Shown here piece by piece: positions 60,107 through 64,000 of a stretch of 64,000 bases of DNA. Made by a program: the position numbers and the translations under genes. How positions within the stretch are numbered: the stretch's first letter is position 1; each line of letters opens with the position of its first letter. The DNA is from Candidatus Poribacteria bacterium (GTDB lineage: Bacteria; Poribacteria; WGA-4E; UBA9662). The DNA lies in assembly GCA_046582655.1 (NCBI GenBank), contig JAYGDX010000201.1, forward strand, positions 9,278 through 73,277, given 5' to 3'. The notes under the pieces were generated by a model, which saw only the letters and a program-made list of their open reading frames with translations, ran no database searches and was not told the DNA's origin.

Positions 60107-60712
60107 CTACTTGAGTTGTGCGGGTTTTACAGGTGAACTTTGTCCAATCTTGTTTATAATAGCTTCCTCAAGTTGCTGTGGGTGATACACCGATTCGGAA
60201 AAGTTAACTTCGTAAAGATATGCATTTGTGAGCTTGGCACCTAGCATTGAAACACCCTTTGGAGTTGTTTCGCCAAAGATCGTATTTTCAAGGTTTGCCC
60301 CTTCGAAGTTAGTATGGGCACTGAAGGTATCTAGTGCAATCCAATTTGGGGATCCGATAATGGCGCCTTTTAAGTTAGCATCACGGAAATTCGTACTGCT
60401 AAGCGTCGAGCCTCCTAAAAATGCACCGCGAAGATCAGTTCGTTCTAGATTAGCATTAGTTAGGTTAGCACCGACAAGAAAAGCTTTCCTTAAAATGGCA
60501 CCTGATAAATTGGCATTAGATAGGTCAGCATAGTTAAAATTAGATTCGCTCAGATTGGTGTCTTTGAATTCTGCGAACTGTAAATTGGCTTCTGAGAAAT
60601 CAACTTTTACTAACTTAATGTGGCTGAGGTCTATTCTTATCAATTCTTCACCTTTGAAAGAGTTACCTGCTTCATAGCCTTTAAGGACATCAGATTTGTT
60701 CATTTGGCACAC
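60107..60712 (-). CDS. Pentapeptide repeat protein
   Basis: A[DN]L-x-x repeats (ADLSNANLSGAILRKAFLVGANLTNANL). Confidence 0.92.
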   Translation of the reverse strand: MCQMNKSDVLKGYEAGNSFKGEELIRIDLSHIKLVKVDFSEANLQFAEFKDTNLSESNFNYADLSNANLSGAILRKAFLVGANLTNANLERTDLRGAFLGGSTLSSTNFRDANLKGAIIGSPNWIALDTFSAHTNFEGANLENTIFGETTPKGVSMLGAKLTNAYLYEVNFSESVYHPQQLEEAIINKIGQSSPVKPAQLK

Positions 60713-60848
60713 TGTTGTGTTGATTTTTTTACAAATATATTACAAAATACACTCTAGGACTTTAGCAAATTCTATGATAAAGTTAAGTAGAATGTCTACT
60801 AAAAATACAATTGATCTACAGGAAAACCTATTAGAGGTAGTTACATAA

Positions 60849-62240
60849 ATGTCTGAGGGAACAAAAATAAGAGAACACGAAGATTCGGGTGATCAAGATT
60901 TCGAAGAGGGCTCTATAAATTATAGTCAATCAGATTCTGAAGGAAGGTATGACGATGAAAATCCGATTCTGAGTCAACCAACGGATGAATCACTGGGTAA
61001 TACGTATGGGGGTGATCTTAATGCAGGGGGTGATCTTAATGCAGGGGATGATCTTAATGAAGAGGATGATCTTATCTCTAAGTATAAGCCGAGAGCTGGA
61101 GATGGGATGGATGGCACTAGAGATGAAGCCTTTTCTTATTTGCAAGAAATTGCTCGTACCCCATTGCTAAAACCAAAACAAGAAGTAAAACTCTTTCAGG
61201 ATTTCAACCGAGGTAAGGAGCAGGTCACTAAGCTTTTTCAGCAACTGCCACCAGTCATCATCGAACGCGTTCGGCTCAAAATTAAACGGCGTCGCGGAGC
61301 GAAACACAAAACAGAAGAAGATCCAGATTGGTGGAGTCCTATGGATTTGGATCTTATATTGAAGCGTATCGAGATAGAAATTAAAAAGTATCAAATTGAA
61401 GTTGGAACTTTTCATTCTCCGGCGATTGTTGACGTTCTAGATAAGGATTTGTCCAATTTTGATTTTTTTAACTCCTTCTGGGAAGTGTTAAAGATTGCTG
61501 CTGGAGAAGTACAATATGCAAAAATGTGTATTGTTGAAGCGAACCTGTTACTTGTTGCCAGTATTGCAAAAAAGCATAACTTTAACAGATCTTCTCTCTC
61601 TTTTCTGGACCTGATGCAGGAAGGAAGTATTGGTTTGATGAAGGCAGTTGAGAAATTTGATCTCAAACGGGGTTTTCGTTTCAGTACATACGCCACTTGG
61701 TGGATTATGCAGGCAATTAAACGCGCACTCGATCAGCAGAGTCAAATTATTCGAATTCCTTGCTACGTTGGCGAAACCCGTAGATCAATTCGGCAAGCGC
61801 AGTCGAAATTATCACGCGAATTAGAAAGGGATCCAAACCCGAAAGAAATAGCGGAAGTAGTAAATCTAAGCGAGTCACGTGTTATAGAGATTTTGCAGAG
61901 TACGCGTAGTACAGTGTCCCTTGATTCACCTATTAGTGATTCTTCGTCGGACGCGACAGTCTCAGACCTTTTGCCGGATGAAGACCAGACCCTACCAGAA
62001 CAAGAATTACTCGTGAGTTCAGAGAAAGAATCACTTGAACGTGTTCTAAGCACACTGTCCGAACGAGAGAAAGATGTTATTAAATGGCGCTATGGATTAA
62101 GGGATGGGACAGAGTACACACTGGCAGAGATCGGACGTCGACTCGACATTAGTCGTGAACGAGTTCGACAAATCGAAGACGAAGCACTCCGTAAACTTCG
62201 TCATGCATCACGTATTCAGTACCTTAAAGAGCTACTCTAA
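60849..62240 (+). CDS. RNA polymerase sigma-70 factor, RpoD/RpoS-like but divergent
   Basis: Region 1.2 [11 protein letters not shown]; region 2 [35 protein letters not shown]; region 4 [23 protein letters not shown]. Confidence 0.92.
   Translation: MSEGTKIREHEDSGDQDFEEGSINYSQSDSEGRYDDENPILSQPTDESLGNTYGGDLNAGGDLNAGDDLNEEDDLISKYKPRAGDGMDGTRDEAFSYLQEIARTPLLKPKQEVKLFQDFNRGKEQVTKLFQQLPPVIIERVRLKIKRRRGAKHKTEEDPDWWSPMDLDLILKRIEIEIKKYQIEVGTFHSPAIVDVLDKDLSNFDFFNSFWEVLKIAAGEVQYAKMCIVEANLLLVASIAKKHNFNRSSLSFLDLMQEGSIGLMKAVEKFDLKRGFRFSTYATWWIMQAIKRALDQQSQIIRIPCYVGETRRSIRQAQSKLSRELERDPNPKEIAEVVNLSESRVIEILQSTRSTVSLDSPISDSSSDATVSDLLPDEDQTLPEQELLVSSEKESLERVLSTLSEREKDVIKWRYGLRDGTEYTLAEIGRRLDISRERVRQIEDEALRKLRHASRIQYLKELL
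61008..61079 (+). repeat. Four 18-bp tandem repeats (GGGGGTGATCTTAATGCA, decaying) in the sigma N-terminus
   Basis: Units start at 61008, 61026, 61044 and 61062 and encode [24 protein letters not shown]. Confidence 0.9.
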
Positions 62241-62412
62241 GTCCTAAATTGATGCTCCGATGAGCGTTAGCTAGCTCTTGATGGCGCTTCCCTCGACGAA
62301 CTGTAGCCGATTAGTTTGTCTGCCTAATGTATTAACCCTGGTTATTCCTATCCATGCTTTTTGGTAGAATTATTGCCTTGATCCAGTAGCATCGTCATGG
62401 CATAATCTCAAT

Positions 62413-63336
62413 TTATAAAACAAGGGCACCGAATAATCTGGGATAATTGTCTCCTACTTTATTCCAGATTACTCCCCAATCACGAGTTTCATATAAAATG
62501 GTATCCTCAATAATTACCAGTGCATGGGCTCCGTCAACAATAATAATCTGAAAGGTATCTATGTTCTTGTCTATGTTTTTGGGTAACCCTTTGGCTAAAA
62601 CCCAGTCCCTTCCAGCATTTCCGCTTCGGTAAAGTAGTGCACCCGCTTGACCATGAGGCCCTCTGGAGGTAGAAACCAGATAGATATCCTGATCGGCGAA
62701 ACAGGCACAAGCTCGCTGATAGTAATAGGACATGCCATTACCTTGACGAGTAAATGTCTGACCATAATCACCACTCAGATAAAAACCATTAGCTGTGGCA
62801 GCAAAGACCTCATTTGGACTAGACGGGTGAGTAGCCACTTGATGCACATCCATTTCTAAGCCTTCTCGAGAGGCTTGCCAAGTCCCCCCCTCATCTCTGG
62901 AATGAGCAATCCAACCGACATGAATATTAGCGTATATTGTCCCATCCGTGGAAACCGCTAGTGAACGAACATCAGGAGGTCCTCCCCACGGTGTCTTCCA
63001 AAATTTACGTTCCGCAATCGAGTCAAAACCATCAATAAAGTGCAGGTCTTCATTGGCGATCCATGCCAAACGGGCGCTTTCGGTACCCACAAGTAACCGA
63101 TTGCCAGCAGTCCAACAAAGACAATTCAAAGCAATATTCGCAGAAGTAGCCTGTTGCCAAGTTTGCGAAACAAACGTCCATACATCGTGATTGTCAACAA
63201 TGACGGCCAAACAATCTTGTCCAACGTCTCCAACAATAATAGATGACTCACCAAATGGAGTTTCTGGGATTAGTTTGCCACTTTGGTCCAGAATACCTTC
63301 CGCAGAAAGCAGCCAGACTATCTTTCTTTCATTCAT
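62413..63336 (-). CDS. BNR/Asp-box beta-propeller protein
   Basis: SRDEGGTW, SGDYGQTF, SGNAGRDW, TRDWGVIW; W.TPWGGPPDVRS. Confidence 0.8.
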   Translation of the reverse strand: MNERKIVWLLSAEGILDQSGKLIPETPFGESSIIVGDVGQDCLAVIVDNHDVWTFVSQTWQQATSANIALNCLCWTAGNRLLVGTESARLAWIANEDLHFIDGFDSIAERKFWKTPWGGPPDVRSLAVSTDGTIYANIHVGWIAHSRDEGGTWQASREGLEMDVHQVATHPSSPNEVFAATANGFYLSGDYGQTFTRQGNGMSYYYQRACACFADQDIYLVSTSRGPHGQAGALLYRSGNAGRDWVLAKGLPKNIDKNIDTFQIIIVDGAHALVIIEDTILYETRDWGVIWNKVGDNYPRLFGALVL

Positions 63337-63427
63337 ACAAAATCCTCCGTTCCACTCAGGGTTACAGTATTATAACCAAACCGACCAGGATACTCAATCC
63401 GAAGAGGGCTTTTATACTAGGTTATTA

Positions 63428-63547
63428 GACCTCTTGCATAAGTAGTAAAACTCACCAGAATTCTATAGCCGAGAGGCACCTAAGTTCATTGAATACGTGG
63501 GCTTAAAAATCTCCGAACTTTTATTTCTTTGACTTATGCAAGAGGTC
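63428..63547. mobile_element. MITE-like non-autonomous element, 120 bp
   Basis: Perfect 16-bp TIR GACCTCTTGCATAAGT / ACTTATGCAAGAGGTC, flanked by the direct repeat TATTA (63423-63427, 63548-63552). Confidence 0.8.
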
Positions 63548-63650
63548 TATTATAAAACTGTGTTCAAATTAAATATTTATTAGGAATTATGCAGTTGAGG
63601 AATGAATCCGCAAAAGTGCAACCCATACGACTATATCAATTTTCTAATTG

Positions 63651-64000
63651 CTAGGATCTGTTAACATTCATTCATCGTTAGTGTCTTCTATGGCCATTGG
63701 AGGAAAGACCATATGAACAGAAAACTATTGCCAAACGACCAGCGGGAAGGCATCAAAGATCTTCTGCCAGGCAAGAAGGGTGACCCTGGCAAGACCGGCG
63801 GGGACAAGCGATTGTTGATTGAAGCTGTGGGTGGATTGCACGGACTGGGTCACCTTGGTGCGACCTGCTTCCTGCCTTTGGCAACTGGCACAGTGTGTAC
63901 AAGCGGCACTCCCCTTGGGGCAAAAAAGGGGTTTGGAAACTTTTGCTGGAACAGGTCTCCGATGATATTGATCTGGAACAACTTCTCCTGGATAGCAGAA
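63651..64000 (+). mobile_element. Left end of an IS5-family (IS427-like) element with a frameshifted transposase N-terminus; runs off the window
   Basis: RBS ggagg, ATG 63713: MNRKLLPNDQREGIKDLLPGKKGDPG..DKRLLIEAV, frameshift, WIARTGSPWCDLLPAFGNWHSVYKR..W.KKGVW..LLLDS. CTAG at 63651 may mark the end or target site. Confidence 0.85.

Noticed and set aside
61008..61079. Repeat array as CRISPR
   Set aside because: Head-to-tail in-frame 18-mers without spacers inside a CDS; no cas genes.
1..64000. Numerous 60-170 aa ORFs overlapping the called genes
   Set aside because: Antisense or alternate-frame shadows of well-supported CDSs, with no motifs.

Overview
Bacterial chromosomal window in genetic code 11. 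It is most likely from Candidatus Poribacteria; this is an inference from secreted proteins ending in a 'V-x-x-x-G-K-[IL]-T-[TS]-T-W-A-x-[IM]-K' motif and from the many PhyH, Gfo/Idh/MocA, LamG, HEAT and FGE-sulfatase genes plus uronate catabolism genes. Housekeeping genes are the 3' part of metG, pyrD-pyrB, pyk, an S41 protease, an lpxL-like acyltransferase, secA, a cell-envelope/polysaccharide cluster (Trm112-like, GT4, CapD/PglF-like, sugar transferase, galU, sppA, MsbA-like) and a divergent sigma-70. These are interspersed with catabolic and accessory genes and about ten disrupted genes or remnants. The strongest hidden signal is a thioredoxin-like gene that the ORF track splits in two at an in-frame TGA in a C-T-U motif, followed by a SECIS-like hairpin: a candidate 382-aa selenoprotein (26050-27198, minus strand). 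Other points of interest are an M28/DUF4910-AAC(3) fusion, PyrB carrying a PyrI-type Zn-domain tail, and an internally duplicated UxaA whose Cys motifs are split between the two halves. There is also a tandem pair of secreted paralogs separated by a G-U-rich RNA hairpin, a 120-bp MITE with perfect TIRs and a 5-bp target duplication, and an IS5-family transposase at the right edge. I recognised no rRNA, tRNA or CRISPR array. All family assignments come from recognising motifs by eye; no searches were run.
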